A stretch of 64,000 nucleotides of DNA from sequence record OP172784; one strand, 5' to 3'. The DNA is from Escherichia phage ECO07P1. A program made the position numbers and the translations under genes. This document shows positions 12,823-23,769 of this stretch, in pieces (position 1 is the first letter of the stretch; every line of letters begins with the position of its first letter). Below the pieces are notes generated by a model. It made no database searches and had not been told where the DNA came from. It saw only the letters and a list, made by a program, of their open reading frames with translations.

Positions 12823-14801
12823 TGTGATATAGGCTCCAAATCGATAGTTAAGTATTGTGGACGTAAGTCATTTTCAAATACAATCAGTGAACCATCGCGA
12901 GTAAAGATAACATCATCTGTTGGGTCAGAATATAATTCAATAGTCTGAACTTCAAATTTTTCAGATGTTAAATTAATTTTAGCGATATTCCAATAAATCA
13001 CATCAGCTGGATAATTTATTTCACCGATAACATAGTATTTGTCGCGTCCATCAGAATTTGCTAATTTGTTAAAATCGTTGCCTGTATACGGCTGAATATT
13101 TTCATTTTCTGTAACATCACCAGAAGCAAATGGACCAATAATAACTTTACCAATTCCTTTAGAATCTCGGTCTGTTGATACTATGCGAACGTCATATAAT
13201 ACATCTTCTTCTAAACCAGTATCAGGATTTACAACCTTTCGTCCAGAATTAAATGAAAACGTATTAGATTCCATAGAACGGTCTTTTATTTGATTATTGT
13301 ATTTAATACCTGCTTCAGGTGTTTTATAGAAGTTTTGTACTTCACGTACTATTTGAATTGTCGCCGATGAGCCAATGATAGAATGATCTGCATCATCTAC
13401 ATATGTCAACATCTTAGATTTAGCGAAAGATGAGTTAAAAATTTCTACATCTTCGGTATAATAACGATCAATTTTATCAATTATTTGACCTTCGAGCCAC
13501 TGTTCGGATTCTTGCAGCTTATTTAAAGCATATGTGACTTTTAAATTAGTCTTAATAAAAAGATAATTAGGAGAAATAATTGATGGCGTAATAGGAGCTA
13601 AATTATAGTCTTTGAGATAATTTTTAATATCTTCGCGTTGTACAGTAGTTAAATACAACCCTGATTTAGGTTTAGCAGCAATAAATGCATAACCAGGTTT
13701 AGTAGAATCAGTGAAAGTCTGAACTGCTTGAATAATAGAACCAAATCTCTCTGAAACGAATGTATCATAGTCAGTCGCAGTTACGCAGCGTTGCTGGGTT
13801 TCACGTTTAATAGTACCCAATTCGCGAATACGTTCAATATCTTCTGGGTCACCGCCGCCATCTGCCCCAACAAAATCTGGGTCATCGTTTGGATTTTCAT
13901 TAATGTTGATGACAGTTATATTTGTTAATGTATCTGCGTATGAAAATCCGACTGCGCCATTCGCATCGGCACCGTTAGTACTGATGTACTCAATAACAAT
14001 CGTAGAGTTCTGGGTAGGTTTAAGACCTCCAATGTAATTAGCGGTCAATGCTCCTTCTGCCGCATTAACAGAAATCTCACCTTCACCAAAATAAAATTCA
14101 GTATTTCCATCAATAGTTTCACGCATGTAGTAAATTGTTGATGTAGAACCAGCATGAACCATTGACTTTCTTGTCCAGTTAATCCATTCTGCTCCATCAA
14201 CATACAGCTTAACTTGGTTTCTATCTATATTTTTGTCATAAATGATAATAGGTGTTAATTTATCATAAATGATTTCAGTTCTTACTATACGTCCCTGGGC
14301 TAATTTTAAACGCGGAAAATATTGGTTATTTTTATCGCGAATAGCAATAACATCTTCGGTAGAGACAAAGTTATATGGATTAACAGAAGTATCTTTTGCA
14401 TATGCTAAAAAGCGAGTACCACGAGGAATAGTAATGTAATTTCTATTCAATGCATCTGTACACGTTAGCATAATTTCAGTTTGAGCAGCTGATTTTGAAG
14501 TAGGTAAATATCCATTATCTTGTGCAGCTTGAACTACTGAACTACGCAAATTAGCAGTACGCATAAAGCTTTCATACACGGCAGCATTACCAAACTGCTG
14601 AATGTATAATGTGTTATAAGCCAAAAGGTCACACAGAACGTTTAATCTTGAGCCTTCAAAATCATAATCCAAAAATTCATTTTGACCATTAAGCCATTCA
14701 ATGAGGTTTTGTTTTATTTCAGCAAATGTACCCCCGACGAATATCTCGGGAATAGCATTTGCTGTTCTTGTTAATTGATAATTTACAGGGGTATTTGCCA
14801 T
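12819..14801 (-). CDS. 6: baseplate wedge protein gp6
   Basis: 660 aa; length and synteny. Confidence 0.9.
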   Translation of the reverse strand: MANTPVNYQLTRTANAIPEIFVGGTFAEIKQNLIEWLNGQNEFLDYDFEGSRLNVLCDLLAYNTLYIQQFGNAAVYESFMRTANLRSSVVQAAQDNGYLPTSKSAAQTEIMLTCTDALNRNYITIPRGTRFLAYAKDTSVNPYNFVSTEDVIAIRDKNNQYFPRLKLAQGRIVRTEIIYDKLTPIIIYDKNIDRNQVKLYVDGAEWINWTRKSMVHAGSTSTIYYMRETIDGNTEFYFGEGEISVNAAEGALTANYIGGLKPTQNSTIVIEYISTNGADANGAVGFSYADTLTNITVININENPNDDPDFVGADGGGDPEDIERIRELGTIKRETQQRCVTATDYDTFVSERFGSIIQAVQTFTDSTKPGYAFIAAKPKSGLYLTTVQREDIKNYLKDYNLAPITPSIISPNYLFIKTNLKVTYALNKLQESEQWLEGQIIDKIDRYYTEDVEIFNSSFAKSKMLTYVDDADHSIIGSSATIQIVREVQNFYKTPEAGIKYNNQIKDRSMESNTFSFNSGRKVVNPDTGLEEDVLYDVRIVSTDRDSKGIGKVIIGPFASGDVTENENIQPYTGNDFNKLANSDGRDKYYVIGEINYPADVIYWNIAKINLTSEKFEVQTIELYSDPTDDVIFTRDGSLIVFENDLRPQYLTIDLEPISQ

Positions 14802-14809
14802 TTTAAATC

Positions 14810-15103
14810 CTATTTAATGAATACTTTAGATGATGCCTGAGCCACAGTATCACCGCATGATATTGGATCAGCCATTTGAACAGCTTTCTTTCCAGTGACA
14901 TATACCTTAGAAGTTCTAGGTTGTGTCACTCCGCCATGTGTTTCATATGGCTTTTTAATTTCTGTATGTTCTGTAATTGGATCACCTGCTACGAGAACAG
15001 CAATTCCTCCAGTGAATACTTTACTTTGTGTAGCATTCACAACTGTTGGAGGCCACGCTTCATGGCCGGCAGTAACACACTTATCATAGCTTAATCCTGA
15101 CAT
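14810..15103 (-). CDS. 5.4: PAAR-repeat spike tip protein gp5.4
   Basis: 97 aa; position immediately downstream of gene 5/5.1. Confidence 0.85.
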
Positions 15104-15661
15104 TTATGGCCTCTCATACACGTAGCTTCTCAATTTATTAGCCCAGCGACTCCAATTTCCAACTATAGTTTTTGTATAATTTTTAACAAGAGTTTTTCTT
15201 ATTGGAGCAGGAGGATCAGTTGGTTCAGTAGTATCAGAAGATGACCTAGAATTACTGCCAGAACCTCCAGATTCACCTTGTTCTTGGTAGTCATATATTA
15301 ATGTTACTTCGTAAGTGAATGTCTTCTGGAGGTTCTGAGGAGCTTTCCATAGATATAACTGAGTATTAGAATCAGTTGGAAGGTCTTCCCATGAAGCAGC
15401 GGTTTTAAATTCATTATCTAAACGATATTTCAACGCATCATTTCCAAATCCAAATACAGATTCATACGTTCCATATAAACGATTTTCTTCTACTAAAACC
15501 CCAGGAGTTTTTTCGTAACTAGTTATATTTATAGATACTAACGTTTCACCCGTTTCTAATTGAGCGGTAAAGGTGACGTCGATAGAAGAACCTTCCATGG
15601 ATTCTCCTAAATCAGCGCTCATTGGAAGTATATTAGCCAATGTCAATCCTCGATCCATCAA
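15104..15661 (-). CDS. 5.1: gene 5.1 protein
   Basis: 185-aa ORF between gene 5 and 5.4. Confidence 0.7.
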
Positions 15662-17360
15662 TTGTGTATTGACCAGATGAAATAGAACTCATAGATGCCA
15701 TTTTTTCTGTCCAATCACCACCAACGTCCCAATCAACTGTCCCAGCAACTTTCCAAGAAAGATTTCCATTTACTGTATTAGTTTGATTTCCTTCAACTAA
15801 AGTAGTAGCATCCCCTTTAACTGTAATGTCAGCATTACCTTCAACTACAATAGTAACATTACCTTTAACTAGGATAGTTCCATTACCTTCAACTGTCTTA
15901 GTTTCATCGCCACGCACAAATATTGTGTTGCTTCCATCTATTTGGTGAAGACGATTATCCATGTTGTAATAAATTTCTGATCCACCGACGTTAGTCTTTT
16001 TATCACCGGCTACCAAAAAATTACCATCGGCATTTGTTATATCATACAAATTATCAATAGTTTTTCTTGTTCTTCTTCCTGATGGTGATACTTCCTCATA
16101 CGTTCCAGTCGGATGAACTAATCTGTATCGTTCTTGCCCAGGGGTATCGTCAAATTCCTGAATATGACCGCTTTCAGTTTCCATTGTGTGAACATACGGA
16201 TATTCACCTTTATATGAAGAAACAGGTTCTTTGAATAAAATTCTTGAATCATTCGGAATAGGAGGGTCAGCCGGGTCAGAAGACTTTGCTACAGTAGCAG
16301 CCATTGCTGACAAAGACCTGGCTGGCGTTTTCACTTCAATACCGTATGATTCCAAATTCCCTGTAAGAATAATCATGGTAACACGGGATGCACGGCCTTT
16401 TGTTTGTTGATACCACAATGAATCACGGCCGGCTTTATATGCTTTTTCCCAATCTCCGGCTAACATAGCAGTTAACATTGTGTTAAATTTAGCTACGCCG
16501 CCAACGCCCATCTGAAATGCCATATTTTCTAATGCCATTTGACGAGAACGATTAACTGCTTTCCAAACTGGGCCAACTTTAGAATGTGATTTAATGTCAC
16601 GTTGCATATCAGCTAAATCACGTTCAAATAAAGTTACCGCTTCTTCCATTGTAATAGAACCTGGATTTCCGGTAATTTCACGTCCAACTTGTTTTGATAA
16701 AACTTTATTAATTTGGGTCATATCACGAACTGGCTGCTTCATGATAAGATGACCAATACCAATTGTCGGATATCCTTCAGTATCCCAATAAACTTTTAGT
16801 CTTAATCCTTCATCACGGCGAAGCATTTCAGCCATTGACATATTTGGATTATCATCAGTTGGAATCTCTGATAGCGGTCTATCATCGGGATTTATTGCAG
16901 TATCTAAATTACTGTCTTGGATAATGTTAGAAGACGAATCATATCCTACTTCTCCGCCTTGGTTTAATACGTTAGTATCATTTCCTAGACGTCTAGGATA
17001 CTGTCCAGTCGGGTCAGAAAATCCTTCAAGTCTATTAGGCTTTTCGCGAACTATTCCACCATACGTGCCAAGGACAATTCCGTTAGTTTTCCATTTGTCT
17101 AAAAAATGACCATAAACTCTAGTTCCTTCTACCGGACCAGTAACGGAGCCTCCAATTCCAGACATTGCTGCAGAAGTTATAGGTTGAATAACTGACATCC
17201 ATGGCAATTTATCGGTTGGAATACCCATTACGTCGCCTTGCGCTCTTTGGGGTGGATGCAGACCAACTACACGAACACGAACACGACCTAATTTTAATGG
17301 GTCCATTCTATCTTCAACAACACCAACAAACCAATTAAGGTTATTACTTATCATTTCCAT
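15633..17360 (-). CDS. 5: baseplate hub/cell-puncturing protein gp5 with lysozyme domain
   Basis: 575 aa; internal lysozyme-like segment resembling the gene e product. Confidence 0.95.
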   Translation of the reverse strand: MEMISNNLNWFVGVVEDRMDPLKLGRVRVRVVGLHPPQRAQGDVMGIPTDKLPWMSVIQPITSAAMSGIGGSVTGPVEGTRVYGHFLDKWKTNGIVLGTYGGIVREKPNRLEGFSDPTGQYPRRLGNDTNVLNQGGEVGYDSSSNIIQDSNLDTAINPDDRPLSEIPTDDNPNMSMAEMLRRDEGLRLKVYWDTEGYPTIGIGHLIMKQPVRDMTQINKVLSKQVGREITGNPGSITMEEAVTLFERDLADMQRDIKSHSKVGPVWKAVNRSRQMALENMAFQMGVGGVAKFNTMLTAMLAGDWEKAYKAGRDSLWYQQTKGRASRVTMIILTGNLESYGIEVKTPARSLSAMAATVAKSSDPADPPIPNDSRILFKEPVSSYKGEYPYVHTMETESGHIQEFDDTPGQERYRLVHPTGTYEEVSPSGRRTRKTIDNLYDITNADGNFLVAGDKKTNVGGSEIYYNMDNRLHQIDGSNTIFVRGDETKTVEGNGTILVKGNVTIVVEGNADITVKGDATTLVEGNQTNTVNGNLSWKVAGTVDWDVGGDWTEKMASMSSISSGQYTIDGSRIDIG

Positions 17361-17934
17361 AAGATTTCTCCATTATACGTATAAGGTCGTTCATAAATGA
17401 ATTGATGTCTGATTTTGCTATTATTTTTATTTGACGAAGTTTTTCATTTTCAAGAACAGCAGCTTCATACGTATCGACCGCAGCAAGTGCTCCTTCATAT
17501 TGAGGATATTTTCTGGCTTTATCGCCTTTGTCATACCAAACATATGGGTTATCATCATATGATATTAAATTATAAAATTTTTCACCGTTCTCATTCACAT
17601 GATATACTATTTGGTCTCCACCTATGTTTTTGTATTTTTGTATAGATGCTTGATAAGCAGCTTCTTGCGAAGTAATCCATCCATAATACGGATCATAATT
17701 ATCATTACACATCAATAAAACCCAATACAACTGCGGATTTCCATATATAGCATTTGCTAATTCTTCCGGGCGTGGTGAACCTTTAATATAATAAGTACGT
17801 AAGCGATATCCCGCAAGAGCGCGTTTGAAATAGTCTTTATAGTTTCTAAAAATATCTGTCATAGGAATAGTCGGCGCGTTTTTATTCACCGTTTTGGCCG
17901 CATATTCAATCGGATCAAAAAATGTAAAGAGCAT
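17344..17934 (-). CDS. 53: baseplate wedge protein gp53
   Basis: 196 aa; divergent from gene 4 as in T4. Confidence 0.9.
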   Translation of the reverse strand: MLFTFFDPIEYAAKTVNKNAPTIPMTDIFRNYKDYFKRALAGYRLRTYYIKGSPRPEELANAIYGNPQLYWVLLMCNDNYDPYYGWITSQEAAYQASIQKYKNIGGDQIVYHVNENGEKFYNLISYDDNPYVWYDKGDKARKYPQYEGALAAVDTYEAAVLENEKLRQIKIIAKSDINSFMNDLIRIMEKSYGNDK

Positions 17935-17947
17935 GGGCCCTCCTGTT

Positions 17948-17955
17948 TATAAATA
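17948..17955 (+). promoter_or_regulatory. late promoter TATAAATA for gene 4
   Basis: Plus-strand TATAAATA 27 nt upstream of the gene 4 ATG. Confidence 0.5.
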
Positions 17956-17962
17956 TATTATC

Positions 17963-17970
17963 TATTTATA
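17963..17970 (-). promoter_or_regulatory. late promoter TATAAATA for gene 53
   Basis: Minus-strand TATAAATA in the 47-bp divergent gap. Confidence 0.5.
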
Positions 17971-17981
17971 AGGAGAATCCA

Positions 17982-18434
17982 ATGGCATATTCTGGAAAAT
18001 GGGTTCCTAAAAATATATCAAAATATAGAGGTGACCCTAAAAAAATTACGTATAGATCAAATTGGGAAAAATTCTTTTTTGAATGGTTAGATAAAAATCC
18101 AGAAATTATTGCATGGGGTAGTGAAACAGCAGTAATTCCTTATTTTTGTAATGCAGAAGGGAAAAAACGTAGATACTTCATGGATATTTGGATGAAAGAT
18201 TCTTCTGGGCAAGAATTTTTTATTGAAATAAAACCTAAAAAAGAAACACAACCACCAGTTAAACCAGCACATCTAACAACTGCGGCGAAGAAAAGATTTA
18301 TGAATGAAATTTATACATATTCCGTTAATACCGACAAATGGAAAGCAGCACAATCTTTAGCTGAAAAGCGTGGAATAAAATTTAGAATTCTAACAGAAGA
18401 TGGATTACGAGCTCTTGGCTTTAAGGGGGCATAA
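17982..18434 (+). CDS. 4: head completion protein gp4
   Basis: 150 aa; length and synteny. Confidence 0.9.
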   Translation: MAYSGKWVPKNISKYRGDPKKITYRSNWEKFFFEWLDKNPEIIAWGSETAVIPYFCNAEGKKRRYFMDIWMKDSSGQEFFIEIKPKKETQPPVKPAHLTTAAKKRFMNEIYTYSVNTDKWKAAQSLAEKRGIKFRILTEDGLRALGFKGA

Positions 18435-19258
18435 TGGCTATTTTTCAAATAATTAATGAAAGCACTCCCCAAGTTCCAAAGGTTAAGCAATCATTAAACG
18501 AAAAGAAATGGATTCAGATAGGTCTTGAATACAAAAAGGCCAAAGCAAAAGGAATGACAGGAAAGCAATTTGCTGAAGAAAGAGGAATCAAATACTCTAC
18601 GTTTACTTCGGCAATGTCAAAATATGCTTCAGGAATTAAAACAGCTGAAAAGATTCAAAATCTTGAATCAAAACCAATGAATAAACTCAATAAGCAAGAA
18701 AGACAACTGCTTATGATAAATTCATTCAGGCAAACGTTGCGTGATAAAATTCGTAATGAAGGTGCAGCAATTAATAATAAAACCAGAAAGTGGTTTGCTG
18801 AAACTATTAAGCAGGTAAAAGGACATAAAGTTGTTCGCCCGCAGCCGGGACGAATATATGCTTTTGCTTACGATGCTAAACACAAAGAAACTCTTCCTTA
18901 TTGGGATAAATTTCCTTTGATAATTTACCTTGGTTTAGGTAAACATAATTTAATGTACGGATTGAACTTGCACTATATTCCACCTAAAGCTCGTCAGCAA
19001 TTTCTAGAAGAGCTTTTAAAGCAATATTCAAATACACCTACTATTACTAATAAAACGAAATTAAAAATTGATTGGAGTCAAGTGAAAGGATTTAGGGGTG
19101 CAGACCAAATGATTAAGGCATATATACCTGGTAATATCATGGGTAGTCTTGTTGAAATCGCCCCGAAAGACTGGGCGAACGTTGTGTTAATGCCACTTCA
19201 GCAGTTCGTTTCAAAAGGAAAACGTTTCTCTGCAAACAAAGTCTGGTCAAATATCTAA
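18434..19258 (+). CDS. 2: DNA end protector protein gp2
   Basis: 274 aa; ATGG overlap with the gene 4 stop. Confidence 0.9.
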   Translation: MAIFQIINESTPQVPKVKQSLNEKKWIQIGLEYKKAKAKGMTGKQFAEERGIKYSTFTSAMSKYASGIKTAEKIQNLESKPMNKLNKQERQLLMINSFRQTLRDKIRNEGAAINNKTRKWFAETIKQVKGHKVVRPQPGRIYAFAYDAKHKETLPYWDKFPLIIYLGLGKHNLMYGLNLHYIPPKARQQFLEELLKQYSNTPTITNKTKLKIDWSQVKGFRGADQMIKAYIPGNIMGSLVEIAPKDWANVVLMPLQQFVSKGKRFSANKVWSNI

Positions 19259-19364
19259 TTCTATTATCTTCCATTCTTTTCTATTGTTTGTTCTAATTGG
19301 AATTGAATGGAAGGGACTTAGACCCATTATACCACCAACACTTATAAAGCATTATGAGGAATAT

Positions 19365-19895
19365 ATGTCGCAAGCATTGCAACAAATTTTTAACCAAGCA
19401 AATACAACTAACTTTGTAGTATCAATACCGCATAGTAATACTACATCTGCTTTTACTTTAAATGCTCAGTCAGTTCCTATTCCGGGAATTAGGATACCTG
19501 TTACTGATACCGTGACTGGGCCGTTTGGACTAGGCCGAGCACAGCGTCCAGGAGTTACATTTGAGTACGATCCACTCATCGTGAGATTTATAGTTGATGA
19601 AGAGCTTAAGTCATGGATAGGAATGTATGAATGGATGCTAGGAACTAGTAACTATCTTACAGGCGAAAATACTGCCCAAAAAACAGGTCCTGAATACATT
19701 ACGCTTTACATTTTAGATAATAGTAAAACTGAAATCGTGATGTCAATAAATTTTTATAAGCCTTGGGTTTCTGACCTGTCTGAAGTAGAATTTAGCTACA
19801 CGGAAGATTCAGACCCAGCTTTAGTATGTACAGCAACGATTCCTTATACGTATTTTCAAGTAGAAAAAGATGGCAAAATTATAGCAGAAGTTTAA
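19365..19895 (+). CDS. 3: tail completion/sheath stabilizer gp3
   Basis: Start at MSQALQQIF (176 aa) with SD gagga; track ORF extends 27 codons upstream. Confidence 0.85.
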   Translation: MSQALQQIFNQANTTNFVVSIPHSNTTSAFTLNAQSVPIPGIRIPVTDTVTGPFGLGRAQRPGVTFEYDPLIVRFIVDEELKSWIGMYEWMLGTSNYLTGENTAQKTGPEYITLYILDNSKTEIVMSINFYKPWVSDLSEVEFSYTEDSDPALVCTATIPYTYFQVEKDGKIIAEV

Positions 19896-19944
19896 TGCTT
19901 CAGTTTCATGTGTTATAATCTTAACTAAATTTGAGGAGAAACAT

Positions 19945-20669
19945 ATGAAACTAATCTTTTTAAGTGGTGTAAAGCGTAGTGGAAAAGATACTACTGCAGA
20001 TTTTATCATGGAAAATTATTCTGCAGTTAAATATCAACTTGCTGGTCCTATTAAGGATGCATTGGCTTATGCATGGGGTGTATTTGCAGCAAACACTGAC
20101 TATCCTTGCTTAACTCGTAAAGAGTTTGAAGGAATTGACTATGATCGTGAGACTAATTTAAATCTGACTAAATTAGAAGTAATTACGATTATGGAACAAG
20201 CATTTTGCTATCTTAATGGTAAAAGCCCAATTAAAGGTGTGTTTGTTTTTGATGACGAAGGACAAGAATCAGTTAATTCCGTAGCATTTAACAAGATTAT
20301 TGACGTTATAAATAATATTGAAGATCAATGGTCAGTCCGTCGTCTGATGCAAGCCCTAGGTACGGATTTGATTGTTAATAACTTCGACCGCATGTATTGG
20401 GTAAAATTATTTGCTTTAGATTATCTTGATAAATTTAACTCAGGTTATGATTATTATATCGTTCCTGATACTCGTCAAGATCATGAAATGGATGCGGCTA
20501 GGGCGATGGGTGCTACAGTAATTCATGTAGTTCGTCCTGGTCAAAAATCCAATGATACTCATATTACAGAAGCTGGATTGCCAATTCGTGATGGCGATTT
20601 AGTAATTACAAACGATGGTTCTCTTGAAGAACTTTTTTCTAAAATTAAAAATACACTAAAGGTACTATA

Positions 20670-20670
<1 letters not shown>
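19945..20670 (+). CDS. 1: deoxynucleoside monophosphate kinase gp1
   Basis: 241 aa; P-loop GVKRSGKDT. Confidence 0.95.
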
Positions 20671-21367
<697 letters not shown>

Positions 21368-21379
21368 TTTCACAAAGTT

Positions 21380-21410
21380 GTTTACACGGGGTTTTAGTTG
21401 TGATACTATT
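21380..21410 (+). promoter_or_regulatory. early promoter (GTTTAC -35, extended -10)
   Basis: tcacaaagttGTTTAC, 17-18 bp spacer, tgTGATACTAT. Confidence 0.6.
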
Positions 21411-21445
21411 ACCCTATCAAAACAAATGAGTGATTGGAGAATAAA

Positions 21446-21718
21446 ATGAAAACATTTAAAGAATTTATCAATGAAGCTGCTTTTAACGAAAAAGTAAAAA
21501 TTAGCAAAGCTGTCAAGACTATGATTGATAACATCAATTACCTATATGGTATTGATTTAACTGACTATGTAACAGTTGGTAACAAACGTAACTATTTCGT
21601 GTTTGACATCTCTGAACTTGACCAGAATCAAATTAACAACATTGAGCGTTTTGCTAATGATAAGGGTCTTCGTCATGAGTCAGCGGGTTATAAAAAATAC
21701 GCAATTTATTTAAAATGA
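21446..21718 (+). CDS. internal protein with N-terminal capsid-targeting sequence (ipI locus, copy 1)
   Basis: N-terminus MKTFKEFINEA resembles the T4 CTS MKTYQEFIAE with L/I-x-E cleavage site; SD ggaga. Confidence 0.7.
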   Translation: MKTFKEFINEAAFNEKVKISKAVKTMIDNINYLYGIDLTDYVTVGNKRNYFVFDISELDQNQINNIERFANDKGLRHESAGYKKYAIYLK

Positions 21719-21750
21719 GTTTACTTTTAAATAGGGTTGTGGTACTATTA
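21719..21750 (+). promoter_or_regulatory. early promoter
   Basis: GTTTAC ... tgTGGTACTAT; -35 overlaps the upstream stop codon. Confidence 0.6.
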
Positions 21751-21778
21751 TCTCATCAAAATTAATTAGGAAAATAAA

Positions 21779-22087
21779 ATGAAAACATTTAAAGAATTTA
21801 TCAATGAAGCGGCTGCACCAAAGACATTCATTATTTATACTCAAGCGGGTCTTGATGATGAGTATGCGGAAGCAATTCTGAGGTCACTTGCTAAGAACGG
21901 TGTTGAAGTAATTGCTTCGGACTTTAAGAAAGGGGCTTCCGAGATGTTTATTTCTATAACTAAAGGATCTAAAGCTAAAATCAAATCATCATTCGGTGTT
22001 GCTCGTACCGATCAAATCGACAATCATGACTTTAAACAAACTGGTGCTAAACGACAGAATACAATTGCATCACGCGGAATAAAATAG
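21779..22087 (+). CDS. internal protein with CTS (ipI locus, copy 2)
   Basis: N-terminus MKTFKEFINEAAAPK; 102 aa. Confidence 0.7.
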   Translation: MKTFKEFINEAAAPKTFIIYTQAGLDDEYAEAILRSLAKNGVEVIASDFKKGASEMFISITKGSKAKIKSSFGVARTDQIDNHDFKQTGAKRQNTIASRGIK

Positions 22088-22099
22088 TTTATAAAAACC

Positions 22100-22130
22100 G
22101 TTTACTTTTAGATAGGGTAGTGATACTATT
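22100..22130 (+). promoter_or_regulatory. early promoter with inverted repeat bracketing the -10
   Basis: GTTTAC ... atagggt-aGTGATACTATT-accctat. Confidence 0.6.
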
Positions 22131-22157
22131 ACCCTATCAACTACTGAGGAGAATAAA

Positions 22158-22382
22158 ATGAAAACATGTAAAAAATTTATTGTAGAAGCTAAAAGACACG
22201 AAGACGAACTGCCTTTTGTTTCAAAAACCTTTGATGGAACATTGGCTGATTTTAAAAAAATTCCTAATGATAAACTTGCTAAATTGGTTGGTTCTATTAG
22301 TGAAAAAGATGGCAAGGTCACATTTTCTGCTCAAGGCGTTGCCAATCTCAAGAAACTTTTGAAAGCCGCTGGTGTTGAATAA
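22158..22382 (+). CDS. small protein with CTS-like N-terminus (ipI locus, copy 3)
   Basis: N-terminus MKTCKKFIVEA; 74 aa; SD gaggag. Confidence 0.6.
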   Translation: MKTCKKFIVEAKRHEDELPFVSKTFDGTLADFKKIPNDKLAKLVGSISEKDGKVTFSAQGVANLKKLLKAAGVE

Positions 22383-22385
22383 ATT

Positions 22386-22416
22386 GTTTACATAGGGTTT
22401 TAGTTGTGATACTATT
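22386..22416 (+). promoter_or_regulatory. early promoter with inverted repeat bracketing the -10
   Basis: GTTTAC ... atagggt ... GTGATACTATT accctat. Confidence 0.6.
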
Positions 22417-22443
22417 ACCCTATCAACTACTGAGGAGAATAAA

Positions 22444-22626
22444 ATGAAACGTTGTGAATTAATTCGAAATGTTGCTATTGCAATTTCTGCTTCTGCTTTT
22501 AGTTTTTCAATGTTTGTTGGATTTATATGCGGATTATTGACTACAGCAGAAAATGTTTTTTCACTTGTAGTAGCATTTTTAATTGGTTTAATTGCTATCG
22601 TTATGGATAAAATTTCTAAAGGTTAA
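22444..22626 (+). CDS. small hydrophobic membrane protein
   Basis: 60 aa, mostly hydrophobic; SD gaggag. Confidence 0.55.
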   Translation: MKRCELIRNVAIAISASAFSFSMFVGFICGLLTTAENVFSLVVAFLIGLIAIVMDKISKG

Positions 22627-22628
22627 TA

Positions 22629-22916
22629 ATGATTCTTTATGCGAAAGTATCGTCCGTTGAAAATGGATATAAATATGATCAAGATGCGGCTAAAGCCTTG
22701 ATTGATGATTATGGCATTTTAACATGTTTTGAAGTTGAAAAGGTTTACATTGACCGTTCATCTTCTCAAGTTAAATTAGTAAAGGAAGACCGTAAATTTA
22801 ATACAGTAAATTTTGATTTCTTTATTGAAACAGAAAAAGGTCCTCTTGAATATGATATTTTCAAGAATCCTTTGGGTCTTGAATGCATCGTAAACATGTA
22901 TTATCATAAATGGTAA
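22629..22916 (+). CDS. hypothetical protein
   Basis: 95 aa; ATGA-type overlap with upstream stop. Confidence 0.55.
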   Translation: MILYAKVSSVENGYKYDQDAAKALIDDYGILTCFEVEKVYIDRSSSQVKLVKEDRKFNTVNFDFFIETEKGPLEYDIFKNPLGLECIVNMYYHKW

Positions 22917-23013
22917 ATATGCTTTAAGAATTATTTGTTATTATTAACTCATATCACACTGATTAATACCCTCTATCATCAAGGGTTCTTGCTTGAGAGC
23001 CTTTGTTAATAAT

Positions 23014-23086
23014 TGGGAATTAGCCAAGTTGGTAAGGCACTGGATTTTGATTCCAGGATGCAAAGGTTCGAGTCCTTTATTCCCAG
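23014..23086 (+). tRNA. tRNA-Gln (anticodon UUG)
   Basis: Manual cloverleaf: acceptor tgggaat/attccca, anticodon loop ttTTGat, T-loop GTTCGAG. Confidence 0.85.
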
Positions 23087-23087
23087 C

Positions 23088-23174
23088 GCGAGAATGGTCA
23101 AATTGGTAAAGGCACAGCACTTAAAATGCTGCGGAATGATTTCCTTGTGGGTTCGAGTCCCACTTCTCGCACCA
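23088..23174 (+). tRNA. tRNA-Leu (anticodon UAA)
   Basis: Acceptor gcgagaa/ttctcgc, anticodon loop ctTAAaa, long variable arm, encoded CCA. Confidence 0.85.
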
Positions 23175-23179
23175 AATTT

Positions 23180-23253
<74 letters not shown>

Positions 23254-23263
23254 ATTTAATTTA

Positions 23264-23337
23264 CTCCGTGTAGCTCAGTTTGGTAGAGCGTCTGCTTTGG
23301 GAGCAGAATGTCGCAGGTTCAAATCCTGCCGCGGAGA
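23264..23337 (+). tRNA. tRNA-Pro (anticodon UGG)
   Basis: Anticodon stem tctgc/gcaga, loop ttTGGga; T-loop GTTCAAA. Confidence 0.8.
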
Positions 23338-23339
23338 CT

Positions 23340-23429
23340 GGAGGCGTGGCAGAGTGGTTTAATGCACCGGTCTTGAAAACCGGCAGTCGCTCCGGCGACT
23401 CATAGGTTCAAATCCTATCGCCTCCGCCA
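23340..23429 (+). tRNA. tRNA-Ser (anticodon UGA)
   Basis: Acceptor ggaggcg/cgcctcc, loop ctTGAaa, long variable arm, CCA. Confidence 0.85.
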
Positions 23430-23434
23430 GTTTT

Positions 23435-23510
23435 GCTGATTTAGCTTAGTAGGTAGAGCAACTCACTTGTAATGAGAAGGTCGGCGGTTCGATTCCGTCA
23501 ATCAGCACCA
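23435..23510 (+). tRNA. tRNA-Thr (anticodon UGU)
   Basis: Acceptor gctgatt/aatcagc, loop ctTGTaa, T-loop GTTCGAT, CCA. Confidence 0.8.
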
Positions 23511-23511
23511 A

Positions 23512-23586
23512 GGCCCTGTAGCTGGAAGGTTCAAGCAAGCGACTCATAATCGCCAGATGGTGGTTCAATTCCACCCAGGGCCACCA
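23512..23586 (+). tRNA. tRNA with CAU anticodon (Ile2-type or Met; T4 tRNA-Ile has CAU)
   Basis: Acceptor ggccctg/cagggcc, loop ctCATaa, T-arm ggtgg-ttcaatt-ccacc, CCA. Confidence 0.75.
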
Positions 23587-23599
23587 AATTAAGAATTAA

Positions 23600-23686
23600 G
23601 GGGAGTTATCCCGTAGAGGTAGCGGTGTGGACTGTAAATCCATTGTCATTGCGACTCGGGTGGTTCGACTCCATCACTCCCCACCA
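23600..23686 (+). tRNA. tRNA-Tyr (anticodon GUA)
   Basis: Acceptor ggggagt/actcccc, anticodon stem gtgga/tccat, loop ctGTAaa, long variable arm, CCA. Confidence 0.8.
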
Positions 23687-23690
23687 ATTT

Positions 23691-23765
23691 GGATGTGTAG
23701 CTCAATGGCAGAGCGATCGCCTGTTAAGCGATTGGTTATAGGTTCGAATCCTATCACGTCCGCCA
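23691..23765 (+). tRNA. tRNA-Asn (anticodon GUU)
   Basis: Anticodon stem atcgc/gcgat, loop ctGTTaa, T-arm atagg-ttcgaat-cctat, CCA. Confidence 0.8.
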
Positions 23766-23769
23766 AATC

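Noticed and set aside
21380-22440. Possible CRISPR-like or tandem repeat array from the repeated ~40-bp elements
   Set aside because: The repeats are 300-400 bp apart with protein-coding genes between them and have early-promoter hallmarks (GTTTAC -35, extended -10, SD, ATG); they are promoter cassettes.
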